From Eledone cirrhosa (Eukaryota), in contig OZ024748.1 in assembly GCA_964016885.1 (NCBI GenBank), forward strand, positions 19,096,001-19,160,000: a stretch of DNA of 64,000 nucleotides, given 5' to 3'. This document shows, in pieces, positions 14,666 to 27,879 of this stretch (the stretch's first letter is position 1; every line of letters begins with the position of its first letter). Both the position numbers and the translations under genes were made by a program. A model generated the notes under the pieces. The model worked only from the letters and a program-made list of their open reading frames with translations, ran no database searches and was not told the origin of the DNA.

Positions 14666-14737
14666 CATACTCTGCTCTGTAAGGGCACAGAGTGCTCAAC
14701 CGGCACACCGCCTATGGAAGCATCTTAGCTACCATCA

Positions 14738-14860
<123 letters not shown>

Positions 14861-14864
14861 TTTA

Positions 14865-15062
14865 ACCTGTTAGTTTTTTCGTTACTTTGGTATTGTGTGT
14901 TAGGTTTTGCCTACCACAATGTTCAATTTGTCAAGCTATCTAAACGTATGTTATTACTCGAAGGACCTACCTACCCTTATTGAGTGCTTTGCTAACTAAT
15001 TCCTATTGTAGGTAGACTTTGCTTGCCCACGGCCAAAGCTTCGATTTAACTAAGCTTCCACT

Positions 15063-15064
<2 letters not shown>
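14865..15064 (+). mobile_element. Dispersed repeat with fixed 3' end ...aagcttccacttg; second copy at about 57062-57258
   Basis: About 200 bp of homology; both copies end at the same base, followed by (TA)n or (TC)n. Confidence 0.7.
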
Positions 15065-15152
<88 letters not shown>

Positions 15153-15156
<4 letters not shown>

Positions 15157-15361
15157 AACGAGTAGGACCCCGATGGTTGAGCTCAAGCCGTTTCGACGGC
15201 TAATTCTGGACTAAAAAATCAGAATTAGTCCAGAATTAACCGCCGAAACGGCTTGAGCCCAGCCGTCGGGGTCCTACTCGTTCCTATTACCCACTCTACT
15301 ACCCTAAGTATTGAGTACTTTGGTGCGTTATGGTCCACCTGGTTCCTTACCACATTTCCTT

Positions 15362-15411
<50 letters not shown>

Positions 15412-15511
15412 CGAAGGAAATGTGGTAAGGAACCAGGTGGACCATAACGCACCAAAGTACTCAATACTTAGGGTAGTAGAGTGGGTAATAGCCGTCGGGG
15501 TCCTACTCGTT

Positions 15512-15513
<2 letters not shown>
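15153..15513. mobile_element. Two family A copies tail-to-tail (15153-15366 + and 15410-15513 -) separated by (TA)n
   Basis: Same sequence family as 2947-3150; (TA)n on all sides. Confidence 0.8.
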
Positions 15514-15548
<35 letters not shown>

Positions 15549-15668
15549 TGTATATATATATATATATATATATATACAGATATATATATTACTCATCTAT
15601 TATCTATAGTACATGCACAGTAAGAAGAATTTTGCAAAAAGCAAGTGATGTATTTATTAAAACCTATT

Positions 15669-15705
<37 letters not shown>

Positions 15706-16075
15706 GAGTCGTAGTATTAGTAGTAGTAGTAGTGGTGGTGGTGTTTGTGGTGAAGGTATCGGTGTCGGCGTGGTTGAGGTAAATGTGGTATTTGTAGTAG
15801 CAGTGGTGGTTGTGTTAATATTCGTGATCAATAAATTTGTTATGTAAACCGTGGGGGGGGGGGGGGTCGTTGATTTGGCATTGGGGCAGTTGATGACATC
15901 ACCCCTCCCTCACAGATTGCGTCTGATCTTTCCTTCTTTCTTTCTTTCTTTGTCTTTATCTCACTCTATTACTCACCGTTACTCCCCCCCCACCACAGAC
16001 TGTATACGACCTCTCTATACATCCATTTATATATATATATATCTATGTGTATATAACTAGGTATGTATATATATA

Positions 16076-16144
<69 letters not shown>

Positions 16145-16184
16145 CACATATTTATATATGTATGTATGAATGGATATATACACA

Positions 16185-16241
<57 letters not shown>

Positions 16242-16303
16242 ACACACACACATATATATATCTACACATATATGCATATATACAATACATACAAATATGA
16301 ATA

Positions 16304-16361
<58 letters not shown>

Positions 16362-16418
16362 CATATATATACATATATATACATATATATATATACATAT
16401 ATATATACATATATATAC

Positions 16419-16487
<69 letters not shown>

Positions 16488-16589
16488 TATACATATATAT
16501 ACATATATATACATATATATACATATATATATATATATACATATATATATACATATATATACATATATATACATATATACACATATACA

Positions 16590-16651
<62 letters not shown>

Positions 16652-16876
16652 TATACATATATATATGTGTGTCTAAATGTATGTGTGTAAGAATGTGAAT
16701 TTCGTGTTTGTAATACTGGAATGATCTTTTTTGTAGATGTATGTTGATGTATGTCAGTGTGTTAGTGTGTCGGTATGTCCGCGTGTGTAAGCGTGCGTGT
16801 ATATGTGTGTCAGTGAGTCAGTGTGTCAGAGCGAGTGTGTGCATGCATGTGTATGTATGTCAGTGAGTCACTGTGT

Positions 16877-16910
<34 letters not shown>

Positions 16911-18350
16911 ACCTGTGTGTTTTTGTTAGTGAGTCAGAATGTCTGTGTGTGTGTGTCTGTGAGTCAGTATGTTTGTATGTGTGTGTGCGCGCGTGTGTGC
17001 GTGCGCGTGTGTGCGCGTGTGTATGAGTGTGTGTGAGTGTGTGTGAGTGTGCGTGTGTGTGTGAGTGAGTCTGGAACCACAATAGCGAGAATGGTGAATA
17101 TTTTGAAGAAGCAACATTCTTGTATATTTTCCCTACACACATACCTACCCACCTTGATATCTAACCCCTCATACCTACCTACTCCCTTTACCCCCACCTA
17201 CCGACCTCCCTACTTCACTACCTCCGCTTTTACACCTGACTACTAACCTACCTACCAACATTCATACATGCATGCATACATGCATGCATACATGCATGCA
17301 TAGATGCATACATATATATATGCATACCTATATACATACAGGCATGATAATGGCTGCAATTTCGAGTAATGCCATCGCTTGATACTTAAGCTTGAGTATC
17401 ACAGACGTGGCTTTTTAGTTCTGCTAGGGGCTTGCCTATGGCCAGCAATACTATGCATCGCCAAAAATGTCATATATAAATTGGTGCTTGTGCTTGAAGT
17501 TTTTTTAAATGAGGAAAAGCTTTGCACGGGGCCAATCCCACTCTGAACATCGAATGCATTTACCCCCAAAGAAGAACTGGTCTACAGCATTGGATACAAA
17601 TGAAGTTGCAGGTTTTATATCAGAGTGACCTTCTCCTAGAGTGATGTCTTATACACACATACATACATACATGCATGCATACATATAAACATACATATAT
17701 ACACACATACATAAAATCATACATACGTACAATCATACATACAGCCTGCTGGCCAGCATCAAAGACAGTTATATAACTATATTCTTTCATTTACCAGTTT
17801 CAGTCATTGGATTGTGACCATACTGGGGCAATGCTTTCATTGTTTTGTTCGATCATGTACCTACCAGTACCTATTTCAGATTAGTTCTTATTGACCCCTA
17901 CTGACCTCTGATTTTAAGCATAAACACACACGCACACACACCACACACACATACACATATTGACTGTAGCTACTTCCATATTATGGTTTCACGCTAACAC
18001 CTAAGAACATGGACACAGCTTTCTAACATTTGTTTTGTTGTCGTTGTTAAAGTAAAATACAAGATGGTGACGTATCTTAGCTTGTGTGACGTCACCATAA
18101 CTCTCTGTTGTCCAGTAAAGAGAGTAATAATTTCATATTGTGCCTACATGTCGACATTAGTTCTGTATTTCTGTCATTTGTTACGAGAACAATGTCGTCT
18201 TTTCTTTGAGGTGGTGTTTGAAAGAAATAATAGGCTGATTTAGTTGGCTCTTAGATTAGTTTTTCATCTAGTCATTGTAATACAAAGCAATACATATTTG
18301 TCAGTTGTAGCGCCCCAACACACACAGAGAACTTCATCACGGTACCAAAA

Positions 18351-18403
<53 letters not shown>

Positions 18404-19479
18404 GTTAACGTTTTATCCACATTTCTATGTCTTAATCCATCTACTACGCACATTTTCACCTCTTACTTTGACCTTAGCTTTTACTATTTGTGTCTGTTTG
18501 TCCCTCTCTCTTCTTCCCCTCTCTCACAGACACATACGCGCATACACAAACACACACACACACACCTCCCAAATTTCCTAAAAACAATATATGCTCTCCT
18601 AAATCTAAATATGTGGAAAAACACTCGAAGTTTAACAATTTGTTTTAAGAAGATGGAGAGTAGCTCTATACCCAGTTACCTCATCAACACAACACCCCCT
18701 CCATGTCTGCAACAATCGTCAATTTTACACTCACACCATCTCATCACTCCCACAACAATTTTCAACACAAAACCCACCCCATTCCCACAGCCCTCAACAA
18801 TACCCCACCCCACTATACTCACCCTATGTCCATTCCCAAAACCACCCTCAATTCTACAACCTTTCTATCTTCCCATTCCCACAAACATCTTCAACTTTAC
18901 GCCAACTATACTCACCAACCATCCCACAACAATCATCTCTGCTACACTCATGCTATTCCCACTGTCTAACAACCACTACCAACCCAACACCCATTCTATT
19001 CTCCCTTCTCGTCCCACAAAATCCTCTCCTGTACACACATGCTATCTCCCCTTCCCGTCCCACAACAATCCTCTCCTCTACATACCTACTGTCACCCCCT
19101 CTCTCCCCCGTTCCCACATCAATCCACATTTCTATATCTCTCCCATAATACAAAATGGACACCATAGCCCTGTCACACATTCTGTTAAATGATATAGTTG
19201 GTCTTAGCTTCTTACTATCAATAGGTGACTGAAGAGTTAGGGATGGTGGTGGGACTGAACATAGTGTCTGGTCACAAGACAACTGTGATCAGCCTTTGGG
19301 TGAAACTTATATTGCAAGTAACTGTCACTTATTGATATCAAATAGAATATCTCTTAAATCTATCTACGTATAAATGTCTGGATAAAAGAATATTTGCAGC
19401 CTGTAAAACTTGCACTTTTTTTATATTTTACAACAAGGTTAGGTTATCCATCAATCCATCCAAACACTTATCCTTCTGT

Positions 19480-19545
<66 letters not shown>

Positions 19546-19677
19546 GTGAGGTTTTTTTTACAAATTGAAAAATAACCGAGGTGTCCTACACGAGTGAAAG
19601 TATAAAGAAAAAGAGATGAAATCAAAAATGCAACTGGAGTCTTATTTAAAAAAAAAAATATATATATTTATTTGGTT

Positions 19678-19715
19678 CCTTTACCGGTTTCGCAGTTCTT
19701 CTGCTTTTCAAAAGG
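19678..19715 (-). ncRNA. Mirror hammerhead copy (stem II GCAG/CTGC perfect)
   Basis: Reverse complement reads ccttttgaaaagcagaagaactgcgaaaccggtaaagg. Confidence 0.7.
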
Positions 19716-20011
19716 TGAGTTGAGATGGAGGGTCTGTGGTTTTTCTCACATCTGGTTGGTCTCTGAATGTTACTTGTTTTAAAGAAATTCAAACACTCAT
19801 ATATGAAAAAACAACCTGTGACAATCCCCCCCTCTTATTTGAAGAACTATTGTAACGCGAACTGGCGCGAAATTTATTATAATTATTGACAAACCAATCA
19901 AATTACTTCTCGAAAAACCTGGCATTTCGAGCCACTTTTTCCATATAAAACAAGTAACATTCAGAGACCAACCAGATGTGAGAAAAACCACAGACCCTCC
20001 ATCTCAACTCA

Positions 20012-20049
20012 CCTTTTGAAAAGCGGAAGAACTGCGAAACCGGTAAAGG
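20012..20049 (+). ncRNA. Minimal type-I hammerhead ribozyme, U3-A8 core variant
   Basis: cctt-TTGAAAA-gcgg aagaa ctgc-GAAA-C CG G-TA-aagg: stem I cctt/aagg, 4-bp stem II, palindromic ACCGGT stem III, GUA triplet. Confidence 0.7.
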
Positions 20050-20119
20050 AACCAAATAAATATATATATTTAAAAAAAAAAATAAGACTCCAGTTGCATT
20101 TTCGATTTCATCTCTTTTT

Positions 20120-20219
<100 letters not shown>

Positions 20220-20410
20220 AAGGATATGGTAAATTGGCATGTGGACCATAACACACCAGAGTACTCGATACTTGGGGTAGTAGAGTGGCTAATATGAAAA
20301 TATTAAGGACTCCGACGCCTGAGTTCCGGCCTTTTCGACAGCTAGATCTGAGTTCGGATCTAGCTGTCGAATCGGCCGGAGCTCAGCCGTCGGGGTCCTT
20401 AATCTTTTCA
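20220..20410 (-). mobile_element. Family A copy, diverged subfamily
   Basis: Tail gtggaccataacacaccagagtactcgatacttggggtagtagagt and hairpin gacagctagatc...gatctagctgtc; flanked by TA repeats. Confidence 0.7.
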
Positions 20411-20841
20411 TATATATTCATATAAATATGCATATGTGCGTTTATGCGTTTGTGTAGTGGGTGTATGTGTGTTTGTATATACAACACAATTCATCTCATA
20501 AGACAACAAAAGATATATCCATACATACATACATACATACATACATACATACATACATACATACATACATACATACATACATACATACATACATACGTAC
20601 ATACATACATACATACATACGTACATACATATATGCATATATATACATATACATAGAATATATATACATTATGTATATAAAGTAGTGAAGTAAGCGATTT
20701 TAATTAAAATAACACTGTTAGTGATGAGGACAATCATCAATTTTAATTAATTAAAATTTCTTGGCTAATTACAAATATGCTATAGCACACTTTAGTATTA
20801 AATTTTCATGCAGCGGGGGTCCATGAGCATTTCTTAATAAT

Positions 20842-20935
<94 letters not shown>

Positions 20936-20966
20936 TATAAATATATATATAGAGAGAGAGATATAA

Positions 20967-21028
<62 letters not shown>

Positions 21029-21249
21029 GCGCACACATACATACACATGTACTGGCAGGTATACTATATATTCCCACCCATTTAGACACGTAGAAACGCA
21101 CACACGCGTATATACATACATAAATATGCTAACACACACACACACACGCATATATATCTACAACTTTGTATAAATATTTAATCTACATATAAACACTATT
21201 AAAAATATATTAAAAAATATCTACTTTCGTATACAGATATATATATATA

Positions 21250-21349
21250 CCGGGTGTCCCCCAAAAATGTATACATACTTCAACAGCATTCTAATAAATA
21301 TTGCCTGTACAGGTAATCGAAGTTTGTATACTTTTTTGGAGCTCACCTC
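21250..21349. mobile_element. Tc1/mariner-type MITE remnant
   Basis: Imperfect TIRs ccgggtgtcccccaaaaatgtatac / gtatacttttttggagctcacctc flanked by TA. Confidence 0.5.
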
Positions 21350-21387
21350 TATCTAAAAAAAAACCCATGAAAGAATAGACACACACC

Positions 21388-21418
<31 letters not shown>

Positions 21419-21534
21419 TCGTCTACACACATAAGACATATTATATGTTTCTGTCCCCTCTTTCACTTCACAACAACCATCTCTCTCTCTCTCTTTCTCT
21501 ATCTACCGCCTCTACCCCCCTCTCTCTCTCTCTC

Positions 21535-21598
<64 letters not shown>

Positions 21599-21724
21599 AT
21601 TATGTATATATACTATATATATATATGTATATATAACTGTCCTCTTTCTCTCTCATTTTCTATCCAGACGATTTCGTATGGCCACATGTCTACAAAACCC
21701 TTATACACACACATTCATATACCG

Positions 21725-21810
<86 letters not shown>

Positions 21811-21893
21811 TGTACAATAAGCGCTCACGTCTAATACATCTAAACAAATATACACGTGAATACAAATGCAAACATATATAGATCTCTTTATAT

Positions 21894-21974
<81 letters not shown>

Positions 21975-22117
21975 TCCGTAACACCTTGTCGTGTTGTAGG
22001 GATGCCATCGTGACTTACAGCATGTCTTGGGCAGATTTAATGCATGACAGAGCCGATCTCCTCTCCAAGTCTGAGCACAGCGGTTTCTTCCAGTGAAGGA
22101 GAGAGAGAGAGAGAGTT

Positions 22118-22202
<85 letters not shown>

Positions 22203-22833
22203 GAGAGAGAGAGAGAGAGTGATAGAAAGGAAGTGAAAAAGAGATATAGAGGAAGAATCAACCCCAGTACGTGACTGGTACATGTCGTTTTATCGATTTT
22301 GTAAGGAATATTCTCTTCTTTCAGATGTGTGCTTGTTAACTGACAATTAACATTAGATCCAGTCACCCTCTGATATACCAAGTGGCAGAAACTTCCCAGT
22401 AGATGGGCCTCCATCTCTTTTGACGATGAATGTCTTTGTTGTTCAGACAAGAGAAAGTCCTACTCGTTAAATTAACTATATTACTCTACTGGACTGCGGC
22501 CATGCTGAAACACAACGTTCAATATGTAAGTGGCTAACTGTTGCACTGCCACGTGTATTCTTAACACACATTCTTAAGGAGATTCAGTGTGACGCGGCTG
22601 ACTCTTTGAATTGCAGGTATAATTCATCTGACGGGCTTCCAAAAGTATCCGTCAACCCAATTTCTCTCACAAAGCATTGGATCGATCCGAAGCTATGAGA
22701 AAAGAGACTTGTCCGAAGCGTCACACAGTGGAATATAACTCGGACTCTCATGCTACGTTAACTCCCTTTTAATACAGATCCCTACAAACATACTTCATTT
22801 ACCATATCCTGACTTTCTGACTTTCTGTCGCTG

Positions 22834-22926
<93 letters not shown>

Positions 22927-22937
22927 TTATCTATCTA

Positions 22938-23152
22938 TGCCCCTGTGGCTAATAAAGAAACACATCTATCTATTGCACATTTTTTCGGGAGTATGTGTTA
23001 CCCATATGAAATGTCTCCCCCTATTGGGGAAAATCGATTAACTTTCAAATTGCATTTGTGATAATATTTTACACGTTTTTATTGTATGTAAACTTCCCCC
23101 TTTGTATTTGACCCCTTCTTTTGTGCCCCTGTGGCTAATAAAGAAACATATC
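22938..23152 (+). mobile_element. Two retroposon-like 3' ends (tgcccctgtggctaataaagaaac) within (TATC)n
   Basis: The same AATAAA-containing terminus occurs at about 22938 and about 23125, each followed by atctatc repeats. Confidence 0.55.
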
Positions 23153-23167
23153 TATCTATCTATCTAC

Positions 23168-23234
<67 letters not shown>

Positions 23235-23631
23235 CTTTCCTACCTAACCTCCTATCCATTATTTCCGCCTGTTCCTTCCTCCTTACCTTTATCTATTTCT
23301 CTCCCTTTATCTCCCTCTGTCTCTTCAACATATACTCCACCCACACCTCACTCTCTCTATATAGTTATAATCCTACATAAGCGACGTCCCACTCCCACCC
23401 ACACTTCCTCAATAATGCTTACTACCATTATTTCTTTGGTCTACTTCTTTTTATATATTGTCCTATGTAGTATTGTTCTTCTCGTCCAGCTTGTTCTGAA
23501 AACAAACAATAATACAGCTAAAGCTTTCTTGTATGTGTGTGTATATGTACGTATGCGTGTGTATGTATCTATGTGTGTGTATCTATGTATGCGTGTATGT
23601 ATGAATGTTTGTATGTATGTATATATGTGTA

Positions 23632-23809
<178 letters not shown>

Positions 23810-24159
23810 TATATATATATATATATATATATTATTTCTGAAGACACCATATATATGTGTAGGTATGTATATTCCCTGTGATAGTTTGTAAATTTTTTAC
23901 ATAGATCTATATGATATACATACCAACACACACATATATATCATAGAAACGATCGTAAAATGATGAATTTTTTAATATAAGGAACTGTTTCTTTGTTTTT
24001 ATTCATTGTTTTTATTAATTTATCTTGACTCTGTTTTCCTGTGATTTTCATTGAAAACATTTTTAAATACATCTCTTTTCATAATATTTGGATTACATTG
24101 AGATATGTATAATGAAATAAATATGGTTTTATAAATATAGTTTCCATTTATTAATATGG

Positions 24160-24276
<117 letters not shown>

Positions 24277-24511
24277 TTATATATATATGTATTTATATAT
24301 ATATGCGTACATATATAAGTAAATGCTGTTTACAGAGTCTTGATAACATTTTTTATTAACAGTGATTACTTTCTTCTAATTTCACCCAAACCACCAGCTT
24401 TTCAAACACATACATACATACACACACACCGACTCATATGTATATATATATATCTATACACACACATACACATACATATATACATACAAACATACACACG
24501 TATTTATATAT

Positions 24512-24558
24512 GTTTCTTTTCTCTTTCTTTTCCGGTTTGTTGGTGGTCGCCGACGCAG
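24512..24558 (+). promoter_or_regulatory. Probable 3' splice acceptor for the Maf coding exon (5' UTR intron)
   Basis: Polypyrimidine tract tttcttttctctttcttttcc followed by CAG at 24556-24558, 38 nt before the ATG. Confidence 0.55.
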
Positions 24559-24596
24559 ATCAAAGAGAGAAGGTGTGAATCTCGTTATATAACTCA

Positions 24597-25397
24597 ATGG
24601 AGTCGACTCAACACCTGACAGATGGATATATAACAGATTTTGATCTGGAACAACTGGAAATGTTGCCAGTTATTAAAATGGAGTCCGACAAGGACCGCTT
24701 CTCAAGCACGTGCTGTAGCAATATATCGGAGTGTTCCCAGTCGGCACCTACGAGCCCTGACGACGGCGAATCAAGCATTTCATCAGCGTCCCCTGACGTG
24801 ACCAGCTTACAGCCGCCCGTGAAAAACTTCATGGAGGAAATCTACTGGTTCACCAACACACACAGCAATCACGACATATCTCAGAATGGAGTGCTAGACT
24901 TATTTCTTAGCAACTCACCAAACCCGAATCTCGGGAGTAGCAGTCGGAGCCAATCGCGAAAGAATAGTACATCGTCCATATCTTCATCATCAACGTCCGC
25001 GTCGTCATCGTCAGTTTGCATAAAAAGGAGCTTCAAGACTCGATCGTCGCCCGATCTCGCCAAATGTGAGCTGAACGATGACGAACTGGTGTCGCTGCCC
25101 GTACGCGACCTCAACAAACGACTACACGGCTTCCCAAAAGATGAGGTGAGTCGTTTGAAACAGAAACGGAGAACGCTGAAAAATAGGGGCTATGCCCAAA
25201 ACTGCCGTTCGAAACGTATGCAACAGCGAAACGAGTTAGAGCGGACGAACAAATCCTTGCAACACCAATTATCGGTGATACAACGTCAGATTGGATTGGT
25301 CACGCGGGAAAGGGATTATTACAAAGATTGTTTTGAAAGGCTACAGAGGAAACGGGATAGCTCATTATCAAGCTCGCCCAGTCCACTAACTGAATAA
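24597..25397 (+). CDS. Maf: Large Maf family bZIP transcription factor (MafA/MafB/c-Maf/NRL/traffic jam-like), single coding exon
   Basis: 266-aa ORF with the Maf extended homology region plus basic region ([20 protein letters not shown]...[21 protein letters not shown]) and a leucine zipper. The N-terminal motifs [17 protein letters not shown] and MEEIYWF resemble vertebrate large-Maf YVNDFDL, SVPSSP and LEDLYWM. An in-frame TGA at 24576-24578 fixes the ATG. Confidence 0.96.
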   Translation: MESTQHLTDGYITDFDLEQLEMLPVIKMESDKDRFSSTCCSNISECSQSAPTSPDDGESSISSASPDVTSLQPPVKNFMEEIYWFTNTHSNHDISQNGVLDLFLSNSPNPNLGSSSRSQSRKNSTSSISSSSTSASSSSVCIKRSFKTRSSPDLAKCELNDDELVSLPVRDLNKRLHGFPKDEVSRLKQKRRTLKNRGYAQNCRSKRMQQRNELERTNKSLQHQLSVIQRQIGLVTRERDYYKDCFERLQRKRDSSLSSSPSPLTE

Positions 25398-25980
25398 ATA
25401 AATAGACAAATAAATAAATAAATAAATGAATAAATAAATGAATAAATGAATAAATGAAAAAAGGAAGAAATGAATTTAATAAATAAATAAGTAAATAAAT
25501 ATATTATATAATGAAGGAGGAATTTCAGTCCCCCACCACCACCACCACCAAAAAAAAAAAAAAAAAAAAAAGATATTAACAACAATGTTATAAAAATCGT
25601 ATGATTGATGATAATAAAACATAAACTGAAAAATGTTGATATTGATATATAAAAAGATATATATATATATATATTAAAAGAAATTATCATTGTTATTTCT
25701 ATCATAAATGAAGAAAAAAAACCCCGATAATAATAAGAATATAGAAACCATCTCACCTTTTGAAGTAATGAACTATATAATAAACCAGCAGCAGCAGCAG
25801 CAGCAAAAGCAGCAACAACAGCATCATGAAATATTACAGGATGAAACGTTTGTTAAAAGTGAAAGACACAAAGCCCCACATTAAAATAATAATAATAATA
25901 ATAGTATTAATAATATTAATTAACTATTACAATCATCATTATTTGTGGATATCAGCATCTTTTGTAGAATGTAATAGTTA

Positions 25981-26076
<96 letters not shown>

Positions 26077-26097
26077 TATATGTATGCATATATATAC

Positions 26098-26128
<31 letters not shown>

Positions 26129-26208
26129 CATATATATACATACACATATATATATATGTATGTATATGTATATATATACATATATATATATACATATATA
26201 TATATACA

Positions 26209-26241
<33 letters not shown>

Positions 26242-26331
26242 GTATATATATATATATATATTTACATGTATCTATATGTATGTATGCATATATGTATATG
26301 TGTTCATATATGTTTGTATATATAAATATAC

Positions 26332-26449
<118 letters not shown>

Positions 26450-26730
26450 TGACATAAGTACACATACAGATTGTTGACACAAGCAAACACACACACAGAC
26501 ACAAGCACCTACACATACATTGCAAAAGCTGCAAACTCGCAATTTCCATACTTGGTTAGTGTAAAGACAATCATATTTACACCTAAGTATATGTATGCAT
26601 ACATTCATGTATACATATATATTCACACTTATATATATATGGTTAGACGTATATATTATAAGCACACTTGCACACATACATACATACGTACATACATACA
26701 TATATACATTCATACAAACATATATACAAG

Positions 26731-26845
<115 letters not shown>

Positions 26846-26901
26846 GCATACCAATATATCTAATCATATCTGCACATCTCTCTCTCTCTCTCTTTCATTC
26901 T

Positions 26902-26977
<76 letters not shown>

Positions 26978-27019
26978 ATATATAATATAAGATCAAAAGA
27001 TGGTTAAAAGAGTTCCATG

Positions 27020-27090
27020 TATTTTATTATGCGCATTTCAAAAACAAATATCCTCATGGGATGATATTTGCGTTCTCATCAGATAAAATA
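27020..27090 (-). ncRNA. Mirror copy of the hammerhead in the left arm of the same palindrome
   Basis: Near-exact reverse complement of 27225-27295. Confidence 0.75.
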
Positions 27091-27224
27091 TGGAGACATG
27101 ATATGAAGCTTAAAAAACACTTGCGAACAGTGAAGTGTTAAATCAACATATGTTGATTTAACATATGTTAATTTAACACTTCACTGCTCGCAAATGTTTT
27201 TTTAAGCTTCATATCATGTCTCCC

Positions 27225-27295
27225 TATTTTATCTGATGAGAACGCAAATATCATCCCATGATGATATTTATTTTTGAAATGCGCATAATAAAATA
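27225..27295 (+). ncRNA. Minimal type-I hammerhead ribozyme (canonical core)
   Basis: Stem I tattttat/ataaaata (8 bp); CTGATGA at 27233-27239; stem II aaatatcatc-ccat-gatgatattt; GAAA at 27276-27279; palindromic stem III T-GCGC-A; AUA triplet with cleavage predicted after 27287. Confidence 0.8.
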
Positions 27296-27513
27296 CATGG
27301 AACTCTTTTAACCATCTTTTGATCTTATATTATTTATAATCCAGTCCATAAACTGTTGAGTGCTACTTATCCGATATTTGCATTGCTTTATTGTGCTACA
27401 ATAAAACTCACCTCCTACATTATATATATATATATTGGAAAATGTGTGAGATCCTTGGTACAGTTAGGTATATTTGAAAAAAAGGAAAAGAATGACCTCA
27501 CTTGTAGTTCTAT

Positions 27514-27784
27514 ATAATTTGATTTAATTTTATCATATTGTAATATTATGAGTTGGTAGACCTAGTAAGTTATTTGTTAACTTCGGTGGGAAGAATTTTA
27601 AAGATTCCTGGTTAACTTTGTTGGAGAACTTTTTCGCATTCACAATCGCCACTGACGAATGTGAGAAAGTTCTCCAGGAAAGTTAACCAGGAATCTTTAA
27701 AATTCTTCCCACTGAAGTTAACAAAGAACTTACTAGGTCTACCAACTCATAATATTATAATATTATAAAATTAAATCAAATTAT
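27514..27784. repeat. Palindrome of about 270 bp (arms about 125 bp)
   Basis: gagttggtagacctagtaagtt...aacttactaggtctaccaactc arms; no convincing hammerhead core. Confidence 0.8.
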
Positions 27785-27840
27785 TTAACACTACAAGTGA
27801 AGTCATTCTTTTCCTTTTTTCCAAATATATATATATAAAT

Positions 27841-27879
<39 letters not shown>

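Larger units (their letters stand above)
26983..27332. mobile_element. Fold-back element (arms about 165 bp) with hammerheads; Penelope-like pLTR remnant
   Basis: Near-perfect palindrome centred at about 27157, abutting (TA)n on the left, with a hammerhead in each arm. Confidence 0.7.

Noticed and set aside
14375-14708. Mirror-image ORFs on both strands
   Set aside because: A consequence of the DNA palindrome.
18488-19192. 234-aa Pro/Thr/His-rich ORF
   Set aside because: Low-complexity C/A-biased sequence with no domain or splice evidence.
27652-27680. CTGACGA...GAAA hammerhead candidate in the second palindrome
   Set aside because: No stem II and no stem I pairing.
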